Below are positions 8,620-18,582 of a DNA stretch of 64,000 bases, in pieces. The position numbers were made by a program, and so were the translations under genes. The notes beneath the pieces were generated by a model. That model saw nothing but the letters and a program-made list of their open reading frames with translations. It did not search any database and was not told where the DNA came from. Numbering within the stretch: position 1 is the first letter of the stretch; the number at the start of each line of letters is the position of its first letter. This DNA comes from an uncultured Candidatus Binatia bacterium. Lineage in GTDB: Bacteria > Desulfobacterota > Binatia > Bin18. The stretch spans positions 2,400,001-2,464,000 of the forward strand of contig OZ243961.1 in the NCBI GenBank assembly GCA_965214605.1, in the 5' to 3' direction.

Positions 8620-10377
8620 ATGACACCGCTCCGCTCTCCGTTTACCAACCCCAAGCGCTGGATAGGCTTTGTCTTGTCCTGGACGGTAAGCTGCGCCCTG
8701 CTGTACGCCCTGCCCTCTCCAAGCGGCAGCGCCATGGGCCAGTGGTACTCTGTCCTCCCGCCCCTGCTGGCCATCCTGCTGGCGATTTTTTTTCAGCACC
8801 TGTTTATCTCGCTCGGCGCGGCCGTCGTGTTGGGCGCCTTTTTGGCCTATGGTCCGCTGCCGTGGGTTGCTCTGCCCCGAGGTTTTGAAACATTTATTTG
8901 GGCCAATCTGAGCAGCGGGTTTCACCTCTATATCCTGGCCTTTACCCTGACCCTGGTCGGCATGGTGCAGATCATAAACCGCAGCGGGGCGGCCCACGCC
9001 TTAGTCCGGACCTTGTTTGGCGCGGCCAAGAGCGGTCGGACGACTCGACTCGGTGTTGCCCTTGCCGGGGTGTGCTTTTTCTTTGATGACTATGCCAACT
9101 CGGTGGTGCTCGGAACGACCATGCGGCCGGTTACGGACCGTTGGCGGATTTCGCGCGAGAAACTCGCCTATCTGGTTGATTCGACCAGTGCGCCGGTTGC
9201 CGGGCTGGCGCTGATCTCAACCTGGATTGCCTACGAAGTTGGGCTGTTGAATGAGATTGCGTCCGACCTCAACCTGGGGCTGGACGGCTATGCCATGTTC
9301 CTGGTGCTGTTGCCGCTGCGTTTCTATTGTCTCACAACCCTCCTGTTTGTGGTGTGTAATGCGGTCCTGGGCCGCGACTTTGGCGCGATGTACCGGGCTG
9401 AGGCACGGGCTATTGCGGCGGGCAAAGTGTTGCGCGACGGAGCCCGGCTGCTGACTAGCCGGACGTTTGAGGATGTCCAGCTATCCGCAGACAGGCTGCC
9501 GCCCTGGTCCCACGCGGTTCTGCCCGTGACGGCCCTGGTCTTGGCCGCCTTGAGTGGCATGCTGTGGTTTGGGGCAGAGGCCGTTCAGGCTGCCGGGGTG
9601 TCGTTTTCAGTCTTTGATCCCGTCGTGTGGCGGCTCGCCTTTGGGGCGGTCGGCGGTTCGGCCGCCGGTTCAGGCCAAGTCCTCTTTTGGGCCGCCTTAG
9701 TTGGGACGGGCCTTGCCCTGAGCCTTGCCGTGTCTCAGCGTTTCTTAGCCCTGTCCGAGGGGATTGCGGCCTGGGCACGGGGCATTACGCTCATCTGGCC
9801 GGCGGTCATTATCCTTATCCTGGCCTGGGCGATGAAGACTATTTGTGCCGATGTCCTGCACGCCGACCTCTTCCTGACTTCTATACTTGGCGGGCGCATA
9901 TCACCGCTCTATATGCCCCTGGTCACCTTTGGTCTAGCCGCGGGCATTGCCTTTGCCACTGGCACGAGCTGGGGGACAATGGGGATCGTCCTGCCGCTGG
10001 CCATGCCACTGGCCTATAGCCTGGCCGGTGGACAGACCGCAGAACCGGTTGTGTGGCTGACGGCAACGGCGGTCCTTGACGGGGCGATTTTTGGCGATCA
10101 TTGCTCGCCGATCAGCGATACTACGATTTTGTCGGCAACGGCGTCGAGCTGCGACCCGTTAGACCACGTCTGGACCCAGGCTCCGTATGCGTTGACCTGT
10201 ATGCTGTTGGCCGGTCTGGCCGGATATTACGGGGTCGCGGCGGGTCTATCGGTCTGGGCAGCCTACGCGCTGCTGCTGCTCGGCACCTTGGCTGTCCTGT
10301 TTGTGGTCGGCAAGCCCCTGCCTCTCCCACCGAACGCCTCAGGCATCGTCCGTGACGATCCACACGATAGGCCATAG
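8620..10377 (+). CDS. Na+/H+ antiporter NhaC-family transporter
   Basis: Motifs FFDDYAN, SREKLAYLVDSTSAP, FATGTSWGT and GDHCSPISDTTILS. Confidence 0.9.
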   Translation: MTPLRSPFTNPKRWIGFVLSWTVSCALLYALPSPSGSAMGQWYSVLPPLLAILLAIFFQHLFISLGAAVVLGAFLAYGPLPWVALPRGFETFIWANLSSGFHLYILAFTLTLVGMVQIINRSGAAHALVRTLFGAAKSGRTTRLGVALAGVCFFFDDYANSVVLGTTMRPVTDRWRISREKLAYLVDSTSAPVAGLALISTWIAYEVGLLNEIASDLNLGLDGYAMFLVLLPLRFYCLTTLLFVVCNAVLGRDFGAMYRAEARAIAAGKVLRDGARLLTSRTFEDVQLSADRLPPWSHAVLPVTALVLAALSGMLWFGAEAVQAAGVSFSVFDPVVWRLAFGAVGGSAAGSGQVLFWAALVGTGLALSLAVSQRFLALSEGIAAWARGITLIWPAVIILILAWAMKTICADVLHADLFLTSILGGRISPLYMPLVTFGLAAGIAFATGTSWGTMGIVLPLAMPLAYSLAGGQTAEPVVWLTATAVLDGAIFGDHCSPISDTTILSATASSCDPLDHVWTQAPYALTCMLLAGLAGYYGVAAGLSVWAAYALLLLGTLAVLFVVGKPLPLPPNASGIVRDDPHDRP

Positions 10378-10926
10378 CGCCACAGCGGCAAACAGAACAA
10401 GGGCGGCGGCCCCACGGTCGGGAGTGATGGAGAAGGTTCGCTACGGCATTGAGTCAGCGTCCTAGGCCGAAGCCAAACAGGAGGCTGACAGGCAAGAACT
10501 CCCGAGGGCTAAAATTCTTCGCAGGAAGGATTCTGTCGCGTGGTACAGGGCTGTAGCACGAGCGTTATCAAACGCCCGTTGGGCGAGCTGAAATGGACCG
10601 CGATATACAGCCTGGGCGGGAAAATCACCGTTTTGGCCATAACAAAGAGAACCAGACCAACATAGTGCAGCTCCGGCAAGGTGTCCGCCCGAGTGCAGCT
10701 GTCGGCCAACCACCAACACGCCTATCAGCAGCCGTAGCCGTCGCGCATCAGGGCGGTTTCAGACCACGCCAACAGAATCAACGGCCAGAAAGCCCACAAG
10801 GGCAAACGCTGAGGGGCTGGGGCACGACGGAGAGGTGCCCCTCGAGCGGACCGTGGCCTCCGCGGAGGCGGGCGGGCGGGCGGGAGAACCCGCTTGTAGG
10901 GCTTATGGGCCTAGACCTCCCGACTC

Positions 10927-11853
10927 TTAATTCGCAAACGCTGCCTTGAGCGCGTCACCGGCTTCGTCGATCGCTTTGCGGCACGCGTCAAACGCAAACA
11001 TACTGAAAAAGCCGTGAATCATCCCGTCATAGCGGGAGATTGTGGCCTGTGCGCCGGCTTGTTTGAGTTTGGTGGCATACGCCTCCCCCTCGTCCCGCAG
11101 CGGATCAAACTCGGCCGTAATCACCAGCGCGGCTGGTGGGCTGTTGACGTATTTGGCCTGAAGGGGAGACGCATATGGGCTCTTCCCGTCCTCCTCATTG
11201 GCCAGATAGTGGTTCCAGAACCACTCCATAGACTCGACCGTCAGCAGATAATCCTTGCCGTTCTGCTTACACGATTCGGTATCAAACGCATGGTTGGTCG
11301 CCGGATAGATCAGGAGTTGGAAGACAAGCGACGGCGCCCCGCGGTCGCCGGCCATAAGAGCCACTGCCGCGGCCAGATTTCCACCGGCACTATCCCCACC
11401 AACGGCAACCCGTGTGGGATCGCCATTGTAGGCGGCGATATTGAGAACCGTCCACTTGGTGGCCTCATAACAGTCATCCGCGGCGGCCGGAAATTTATGC
11501 TCCGGGGCGAGGCGGTAATCAACGGACACGGTGACACAGTTGGCCGCATTGCTCAGCGCCCGGCAGGTCGGATCGTGCGTCTCCAGATCGCCGATGACCC
11601 AGCCGCCACCGTGAAAAAATACCAGGACCGGAAAGGGGCCCTGCCCCTTGGGCACATAAATCCGGATCGGCACAGGTCCGTTGAGCGTTGGGATGGTCCG
11701 ATCTTCGACCCTAGCGACCGATTCGGGATTTTCCACCGCAAACAGACTTTTGATGGCCTGCCGCGCTTCGGCAACGGGCAGTTCGTTGAGGCCCGGGGCA
11801 CCCGCGGCTGCTAGTTGATCAAGAAAGGCTTTGGCTTGTTGGTCTAAAGGCAT
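10927..11853 (-). CDS. Alpha/beta hydrolase (GDXG/HSL-family esterase)
   Basis: Motifs HGGGW, GDSAGGNL, DPLRDEG and HGF. RBS GAGGAGG. Confidence 0.95.
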   Translation of the reverse strand: MPLDQQAKAFLDQLAAAGAPGLNELPVAEARQAIKSLFAVENPESVARVEDRTIPTLNGPVPIRIYVPKGQGPFPVLVFFHGGGWVIGDLETHDPTCRALSNAANCVTVSVDYRLAPEHKFPAAADDCYEATKWTVLNIAAYNGDPTRVAVGGDSAGGNLAAAVALMAGDRGAPSLVFQLLIYPATNHAFDTESCKQNGKDYLLTVESMEWFWNHYLANEEDGKSPYASPLQAKYVNSPPAALVITAEFDPLRDEGEAYATKLKQAGAQATISRYDGMIHGFFSMFAFDACRKAIDEAGDALKAAFAN

Positions 11854-11938
11854 ACTGTTCCTCCTCATCTGGGGGCGAGATAATTTGTAATTTTCTAGCC
11901 CGCCTAGCCCTCTGGAGGCAAGTGGGGCTGGAGCCCTG

Positions 11939-12620
11939 TCACGCCGTAGGAGAGCCCCACTGGCGGAAATCGTGGCCGCCTTCCAGCACACAGAGCTGAA
12001 CAAAAGCAGAGCCGAGATAGGGCCAGAGGGCCTCATGGAGCGCGTACCGCCGCACTCCAGACCACGACTTTGAGCTTGGCAAAGAGCTGCTCAATGAAGG
12101 AGTGAAGGCAGGGCGGGCCGGCGGCAAAAACCACCCCGCCTGCTCGAACGACACGGCCGAAAGCGTTCTCAACGGAGAGGGTATCAAGGAAGACAAGCTC
12201 GCCCGGCCGCCCAAGCGGGGCCAAGAGGGGGGGAGCTTCCGGCCCGGCCGCGTACACCACGCAGGTCGTCTGTCAGCGGCTGGAGTCGTGGCCTACGCCA
12301 ACGGTCCCTGCCGACGCGTCAGAAAGAAACACGAGGGGGCCCGAGCGCTTTGGAGGCTCTGAGAGGGCTGCCGCCCTGCGTGTGGTCTTGGGTGACGGAG
12401 GGCTTTTTGACTGCGGGCTCAAAGTGCCCAAGCGCTGGCCACACCACCTACCATGAGCCGTCACCGGCAACTCCGGATCCGACAGCCGCAACCCGCCACG
12501 GGTGCCCGGCCCGATCTCCACCCGTCTTCCACCGTCACTGCTCGCCCCCCGCCCGCCTCACCCGAGACAGCGAAGCGATCGCCCGCGAGGCGCCCCCATC
12601 CCTAGTCCTCTTCCCCGTAC
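11939..12620 (-). mobile_element. Decayed IS630-family transposase remnant
   Basis: Frameshifted pieces LAPLGRPGELVFLDTLSV...IEQLFAKLKVVVWSAAVRA, HEALWPYLG and GQRL...KTT..AAAL resemble the IS630 DDE C-terminus (LRPGDIVILDNL...PIEQLFAKLK). Ends are approximate. Confidence 0.65.
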
Positions 12621-12679
12621 AGGGACGCTCGGCCAGGGCCACCCCTCCGTGGTGAGACGCTCTAGGCAGCGGGGCGGGC

Positions 12680-13423
12680 TTAGCGGTGTTGTGGCGCTTG
12701 GCGCAGTTTGGAAACCGCACTCGGATCCGCCGTTCCGAGCGGATTGGTCCTCGTTGGCAACGTGTCCAACCACGGGTAGAGCTGTTGCTGACAGACCTCA
12801 AAGATACGGCGTAGCTCGGGGACTGGCTGACTATGCTCATCCACCCGGAGACTGTGTGACGGGTATGCCTCGATATCATAAACGAGCAGGGCGGCGGACT
12901 GACGGCCACGGTAGTCTCCACCCGTGGCATCTCCCGCTTCCAGGGCTTTGAGCAGGCGCTCCGGCAGGGCCTCGTCACGACTTGTTTCAAACGACTCGAC
13001 CATGGCCTCGACCGTTGTGGCATCGACCATCATATTGGCGGCCACCGCATAGCCTTGGCCGCTCTGCTCGCCGCACCACGGCAGACAGTCCTGACCGGTA
13101 AAGGTCGCGGCATTGCCGGCCTTATCCACCACACTCAGCTGGCGTCGGGCCCGACCCGGATCGTCGGCAATGAGTCGGGCAACCGCGCTCTGGGCCGTAT
13201 GTCCCTGCTCAAGTAAGGCTAGACCATCAATCCCCAGGTAGGGATTGGCGAACGACTGTGAAGCAATCGCGCCCAGCCTAGGCTTCACAAAAGGACAGAT
13301 GGCACCCACCGCAGGAACGGCCGTACACACGCCAACGCCTAGCATGCCGGTCCGTGGACAGCAGGCGGTGATGGAGAAGGTGGTCAGGACGAGGTGTTGT
13401 CCGTGTCTCTCGAAACCCTTCAT
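12680..13423 (-). CDS. DUF1028 family (Ntn-hydrolase-like) protein
   Basis: Motifs TFSITA...GVGV, ASQSFANPYLG, GGDYRGRQSAAL and LRVDEH. RBS GGAGG. Confidence 0.9.
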   Translation of the reverse strand: MKGFERHGQHLVLTTFSITACCPRTGMLGVGVCTAVPAVGAICPFVKPRLGAIASQSFANPYLGIDGLALLEQGHTAQSAVARLIADDPGRARRQLSVVDKAGNAATFTGQDCLPWCGEQSGQGYAVAANMMVDATTVEAMVESFETSRDEALPERLLKALEAGDATGGDYRGRQSAALLVYDIEAYPSHSLRVDEHSQPVPELRRIFEVCQQQLYPWLDTLPTRTNPLGTADPSAVSKLRQAPQHR

Positions 13424-13603
13424 GTTGCCTCCAGACTGTTGCAGTCCGAGCGCAGGCTGAACGAGCACTCGTGTAGCGAAACGGTAGCCGCCTGCCTATA
13501 ATAGGTCAAGCTTTTGCCCGAGCTCCTCGGCCGCACCCATCCCTCCCAGTCTTGTCCACGCCGAGGTGAGGATCTCCAAAAGACCGCTCTATGTGGAAAA
13601 CGT

Positions 13604-15301
13604 ATGGAAACCATTGATCCGATCTCTTTAGAAATTCTGTGGAACCGCCTGATCTCGATTGTCAACGAACAGGCGACGGCTCTCCAAAACGCCTCGTTTA
13701 CCACCGTTGTTCGCGAAGCGGGCGACCTGTCGGCCGGGGTGTTTGACATACAGGGCAATATGATCGCCCAGGCCGTCACCGGCACGCCAGGCCATATTAA
13801 CACCATGGCGCTCGCCGTTCGTCACTTCTTGACCCAATACCCGTGGGAGAAGCTCGAAGACGGCGATAGCCTGATTAGCAACGATCCGTGGCTGACCTCC
13901 GGCCATCTCAACGACTTTACCGTGGTGACCCCGATCTTTCGCCATGGTGAGCCGGTCGCCCTGTTTGCCAACACCTGTCACGCGGTCGATGTGGGCGGTC
14001 GGATGCTAGGGGCGGACGCCCGCCAAGTGTTTGAAGAAGGCATTTATGTTCCGATCATGAAGCTCTTCCGCGCCGGGCGGCCCAATGACGATCTGTTCCG
14101 TTTGGTCAAACAGAATGTGCGAGCACCCGACTTGGTCGAGGGGGACCTTATGGCCCAGGTCGGCAGCAACGAGGTGGGGGGAGCCAAACTGTTGGAGTTT
14201 ATGGATGAGGCGGGCTTAGCCGGGCTTGATCATCTCTCAAGCGCCATTCTGAGTACCTCGGAAAAGGCTATGCGGGCGGCGATTGCTGAGCTGCCGCGCG
14301 GGACGTATCAGCACGAAATTCGGATGGACGGGTTTGACGAGCCGATCGTTGTCAAGATCACGGTGCGGGTCGGAGACTCAGAGCTCTCTGTCGATTTCAC
14401 CGGCACCTCAGCCCAGTGTGAACGAGGGATCAACGTCCCGTTTGCCTATTGCGTGGCCTATACGACCTATCCTCTCAAATGTGCCATCTCACCCCTTGTG
14501 CCGAACAATGAGGGCAGCTTTCGCCCGATTCATATAAGCGCCCCGTCGGGCTGTATCCTGAACTGCCAGTTTCCGGCGCCGGTTGGTGGGCGGCACATTA
14601 TCGGCCACTTTCTTTCTACCGCGGTGTTTGGCGCTCTGTCAGAGGCGGTGCCCGAACGCGTTCTTGCCGATGGCGCGGCCAATATCTGGATCACCCAGTT
14701 TACCGGCAAAGACACGGACGGCAAAAGCTTTACCTATGTCTTCTTCTCTTCCGGTGGTATGGGCGCGCGGCCGGATAAGGACGGGATCTCGGCCACGGCC
14801 TTTCCCAGCGGCATCCAGGGCGTGCCAGCTGAGATCATTGAAAATGTCTCCCCGCTGCTCATGGAGCAGCGCACTCTGGTGCCGGACTCCGGCGGACCGG
14901 GCAGACAGCGGGGGGGGTTGGGCCAAGAGATGATCTTATCGGTCAGAACATCTGAGCCGGTCATCCACTCGGCCATGTATGACCGGACAAAATTTCCGGC
15001 GCTCGGCTATCAAGGTGGAAAGAACGGCGGGCTCGGCGAGTTCCTCTTATCGGACGGCAGTCACCCGCACCCCAAGGCCCAGTACCGTTTGCTGCCCGAC
15101 CAAAAAGTCACCCTTCGTTTGCCGGGTGGGGGTGGTTTCTACTCACCCCTCGAACGCGCTCCCGAATTGGTCCGGCAAGACGTGCTGAACGGCTATGTGT
15201 CTGCAGCCGCCGCCCGGACAGAGTACGGGGTCGTTTTGGACGCCGAGGACGAGATCGACTGGCAACAAACCCGACGTTTGCGGACGTCAATGGGTCCCTG
15301 A
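13604..15301 (+). CDS. Hydantoinase B/oxoprolinase family protein
   Basis: Motifs DPISLEILWNRL, REAGDLSAG, NDPWLTSGHLND, DSGGPGRQRGGLG and PGGGG. Confidence 0.95.
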   Translation: METIDPISLEILWNRLISIVNEQATALQNASFTTVVREAGDLSAGVFDIQGNMIAQAVTGTPGHINTMALAVRHFLTQYPWEKLEDGDSLISNDPWLTSGHLNDFTVVTPIFRHGEPVALFANTCHAVDVGGRMLGADARQVFEEGIYVPIMKLFRAGRPNDDLFRLVKQNVRAPDLVEGDLMAQVGSNEVGGAKLLEFMDEAGLAGLDHLSSAILSTSEKAMRAAIAELPRGTYQHEIRMDGFDEPIVVKITVRVGDSELSVDFTGTSAQCERGINVPFAYCVAYTTYPLKCAISPLVPNNEGSFRPIHISAPSGCILNCQFPAPVGGRHIIGHFLSTAVFGALSEAVPERVLADGAANIWITQFTGKDTDGKSFTYVFFSSGGMGARPDKDGISATAFPSGIQGVPAEIIENVSPLLMEQRTLVPDSGGPGRQRGGLGQEMILSVRTSEPVIHSAMYDRTKFPALGYQGGKNGGLGEFLLSDGSHPHPKAQYRLLPDQKVTLRLPGGGGFYSPLERAPELVRQDVLNGYVSAAAARTEYGVVLDAEDEIDWQQTRRLRTSMGP

Positions 15302-15439
15302 GGCAGGTGGACCTCACACTCCCGCCCCAACCATAGACCGAACGGGCACGCCTGGGGGGACGCTGTGAGGGGGTCAGCGGGCACTCCCACAGACCGCCCG
15401 CTCTAGCGGGGGGACGCCCGGCGCAGTCTCTCCGCTGCC

Positions 15440-15620
15440 CGGTAGGCCACAATGATGGGCGCCACCCGGCACTATTGCTCTTCGCCCCGTACTCTGGAGG
15501 ACGAGACAGGGGGGCGCGTGCTTGGTCGCTCACCTCAACCACGCAGACTCACGGAGCGGACGAAATACCGGGAAAGAGCCCTGATTGAACTTGAACCTCA
15601 CGGGTCGAGGCAAAGAGGCA
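15440..15620 (+). mobile_element. Decayed IS5-family transposase C-terminal remnant
   Basis: Across frames DGR..RHY..LWRTRQGGACL..PRRLTERTKY resembles IS5 [31 protein letters not shown]. Confidence 0.4.
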
Positions 15621-15789
15621 AACCCGAAGCAGGACAAACTCGGGGCCGGTCCAACATGGCCTAGGCGTCATGCTCTCCCCCAATGTTCCGGCGGGTCGAT
15701 CTCAGAGTATACGGGGCAAAGGTCAAACCTGCTCTCTTGACCCCCCTCTCCTCCCGCGCTAAGCCAAGGAAGGAAGGAGGGGGGAGGCG

Positions 15790-16959
15790 GTGCAGGATAT
15801 CCAAAACCTTGACCGACTCATTCTGACTATGGGGGCGAAGTTTCAGGCGGAGATTATCCAGCCAATTGGACCAAGCCCAACACGTCTGCCGGTGAATCAA
15901 TCCTTTTCGCTGGCGGTGACGCATGCCTTTTTGTGCTGTCCCCGGCTCGTGCGCAGATGTGCGCTCAGCCCCGAGGATATCGCTCAGCGGGGCAAGCGGC
16001 TGTGTGGTGCGGTTTCTCCCCTGTCTATTTGGATGTTGGGCTACTTCTTTCTGGTCGGACGGGAGGTCATACTTGATTTGGCGCCGGAGATAGCAGATGC
16101 CCGTGAGGACGATATTGTTGAGGTTCTGGAGTTTTGGCGGCGTTTGAGCGCAGCCCATCGGGGCGACGGCCATCTCGATAATAGCGACGCGGGCCTGACC
16201 AACCGTTTTTTGCCAAAGGCGTTAGTCGAGCAGCTCTATCAGGGCCTCGTGCCGGCCGATGTGGAAATGCGCCGCCTCGTCGAGCGGTTTTTTTCGACTC
16301 TGGAAGCCTATCTGTTCGGCTTGAACGCTGAGGCACATGTGGGCATTGTCGATTCCGGTCCCTACCCGCTGAGCGCCGACCGAGTTCTGATGGTGCGGGA
16401 CTTTTTTGATCTGAGAGGCCGCTTCTATCCCTGGCGAGAGACAGTGGCTGATCTCCCGTATGCCAGCTGTTCCTTGGCCTTTACCCTGGCTCCAGACGAC
16501 TTTCGAAGCATTGCTATTCGTGACCGGGCGGCCCTGCTGACCTCTCCCCTGGATTATATCCGGCACCTGCACGAGATCGCCTTTGTGACGCATGATAGCG
16601 GTCGGTCACGCTTTTTGCCTTTTACCGAAATGGATCGGCTGATCCGTGATATCAGGAAGCTCCAGCCGCGTCTGCTCGACTGGTTTGCCCGTTTGTCGCG
16701 CTCCGACGCCATCATCCAGGGAGCCAGACCCTGGATCCTGCGGCCCTTATCGATGATTGTCAATGCCGAAGACTGTTTTGACTGGCAGCCAGACCCCGAG
16801 GCCCTGCGTTTGCTCCGGTTGTACGCTGACGACGATGCACGGGCGGCTCGCTGGGCAAGCCATCGCTGTTTAGCCCCGGACCGACCGTCGTTTGTGCCGA
16901 TCGGCGAGCAGCGAAATGTCTCTCATTCCCCGCGTTTGGGGGCGGGCAAGCGCGGGTAA
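15790..16959 (+). CDS. Conserved-looking hypothetical protein, 389 aa
   Basis: GTG start after strong purine RBS, globular composition, DSGPYPL..RVLMVRDF motif. No family recognised. Confidence 0.75.
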   Translation: MQDIQNLDRLILTMGAKFQAEIIQPIGPSPTRLPVNQSFSLAVTHAFLCCPRLVRRCALSPEDIAQRGKRLCGAVSPLSIWMLGYFFLVGREVILDLAPEIADAREDDIVEVLEFWRRLSAAHRGDGHLDNSDAGLTNRFLPKALVEQLYQGLVPADVEMRRLVERFFSTLEAYLFGLNAEAHVGIVDSGPYPLSADRVLMVRDFFDLRGRFYPWRETVADLPYASCSLAFTLAPDDFRSIAIRDRAALLTSPLDYIRHLHEIAFVTHDSGRSRFLPFTEMDRLIRDIRKLQPRLLDWFARLSRSDAIIQGARPWILRPLSMIVNAEDCFDWQPDPEALRLLRLYADDDARAARWASHRCLAPDRPSFVPIGEQRNVSHSPRLGAGKRG

Positions 16960-17867
16960 AAGTACAGACGGGCCGGAATCTTGTTCCGCTCTTCGCTGAC
17001 CGTGTAATAGCCCGTTCCGTCGGTCTTCCAGCCCAGCGCTTCCCCCTGGGGTTCAGGCAGGTAGGGCAGGGTTATGGGTGGGGCGGCTAAGGCCTGATGG
17101 ACTGCTTGTTCAGGGGCCCGCGTCCAGTAGTACACGTCACGATAGCTCTTAAGCAGAATTTTGGCTCCGGACGGGGAAATATCCCCGCCGACCAGCCAGG
17201 CCCCCTGAGCGGCGTGTTCGTTCAGGGCTAAGGTGGCGACCTGTTCAAGCGTCATGGGAACGGTGGTCGATTGGGGATAGGGCGCGCGGTAGACGCGCAC
17301 CCGGGGCTCACGTTTGGAGATGATGTAGAGGTCTTTTGTGACCGGATCGAGCAGCAAGGTTTCTGCGTCGCGTTTGCCGTCTGGGTAGCGAAAGGAGATC
17401 GTCTCGATATTGGACAGGGTTTGTTGGCGCGCGGCTTGCTCCGCCCTTACCCGTGGTTCCGGTACCCGGTGGATATATTTCAGATCACGGCGTGCTCGGT
17501 TATCGCCAATATCGCCGATATACAGGTAGGACAGACCGTCCTCTGGACCCGGCCCGAGCGCAATATCTTCCCAGTCATGGTTCTTGACGCCGCCCAAGAC
17601 GTAGACGCCGAGGTGGGCGCCCCGGGAGCTGAGCGCAAACACCAGGTTTGGCTGCCCGGAATCATTATGGACCCAAAGAACCCCCGGATTTTTTTGGCTG
17701 GCAACAATGCCCGAGGCTTCGCTGATGGGCGCGTGTTCAACCAGACCCTTATCCACCCGTTCCCCAAAGTGAGGAGTGTCGCTCGCCGCTTGAGCCGTCC
17801 ACACGGCAAGGACAAAAAAAGACACACAAGATACTGATGACCAATCCCTCTCCCAGAAAGACATCAT
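16923..17867 (-). CDS. Secreted hypothetical protein (esterase/phytase-like beta-propeller)
   Basis: Signal peptide ending AQA, plus EASGIVAS, WVHNDSG, DWEDIALGP, DAETL and QGEA motifs. Confidence 0.8.
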   Translation of the reverse strand: MMSFWERDWSSVSCVSFFVLAVWTAQAASDTPHFGERVDKGLVEHAPISEASGIVASQKNPGVLWVHNDSGQPNLVFALSSRGAHLGVYVLGGVKNHDWEDIALGPGPEDGLSYLYIGDIGDNRARRDLKYIHRVPEPRVRAEQAARQQTLSNIETISFRYPDGKRDAETLLLDPVTKDLYIISKREPRVRVYRAPYPQSTTVPMTLEQVATLALNEHAAQGAWLVGGDISPSGAKILLKSYRDVYYWTRAPEQAVHQALAAPPITLPYLPEPQGEALGWKTDGTGYYTVSEERNKIPARLYFYPRLPAPKRGE

Positions 17868-18289
17868 CCCCAGCTTCCTATTTCGGACTACGGTAACTCT
17901 TGGGAACCTGTGGCGACTCCGTCGTATGGTCCCTGCCAAAGCAGTCATGCTGCCACCTCCAAGCAAGCCGTGTTCATCGCTCAGTGTCCAGAATCTAAGA
18001 TACTTTGGGGCATATCGTATGCAATAGGGAAGTCGTCCCTGAGGCGGACGGGATTGGGGCTGTCCTGCGGAGTCGGAGATCGGCGTCTCGAATAGGCTCC
18101 TGGGTTTGCCTCTTCACAAACGGATTGGGACGCTTGGCAAGCGTGGCTCTGCTCTTCCGAATCCGAAGCGGTCCTGATGCGGGCAGAGCCGCCGACGCGT
18201 GACCGGGATGAAGTGGGTGGAGAGCGAACTTTTCAGAGGGGTTGACGGCACTGACGCTCCCGGTGAGGGGGCAGCAGCTCAGGGGCGAC

Positions 18290-18560
18290 TCTTAGGCCGT
18301 TTATCACGGAGCGGTCGCTGAGGAGCGCGCCGCACATGTTCTTTACTAAGCGCCGCCGGTTTGACCTAAGAGCTTTTGAGCAACTGCCCACTTCCGCCGA
18401 TAAGGAACCCCCACGACCCGCTGGAGCAGCTCCCCGCTGCTCTCGCTGTCCCCCGAAGAAGCGGGCCGAGAGCGCTTCCCGCTGAGCCGCGGGGCAAGAG
18501 GGCACGGCCTAGCCTCGTATGCCCGGTCTGATAGTATTGCTAGTGCCGAGCCTCGCTCAG
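18290..18560 (-). mobile_element. Decayed IS5-family transposase remnant
   Basis: ILSDRAYEA...PYRRKWAV and the adjacent frame RSNRRRLV resemble IS5 LADRAYD...YRRRWxVE...RR. Confidence 0.4.
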
Positions 18561-18582
18561 CGCGCTGTGGCGTTTTTCGTGA

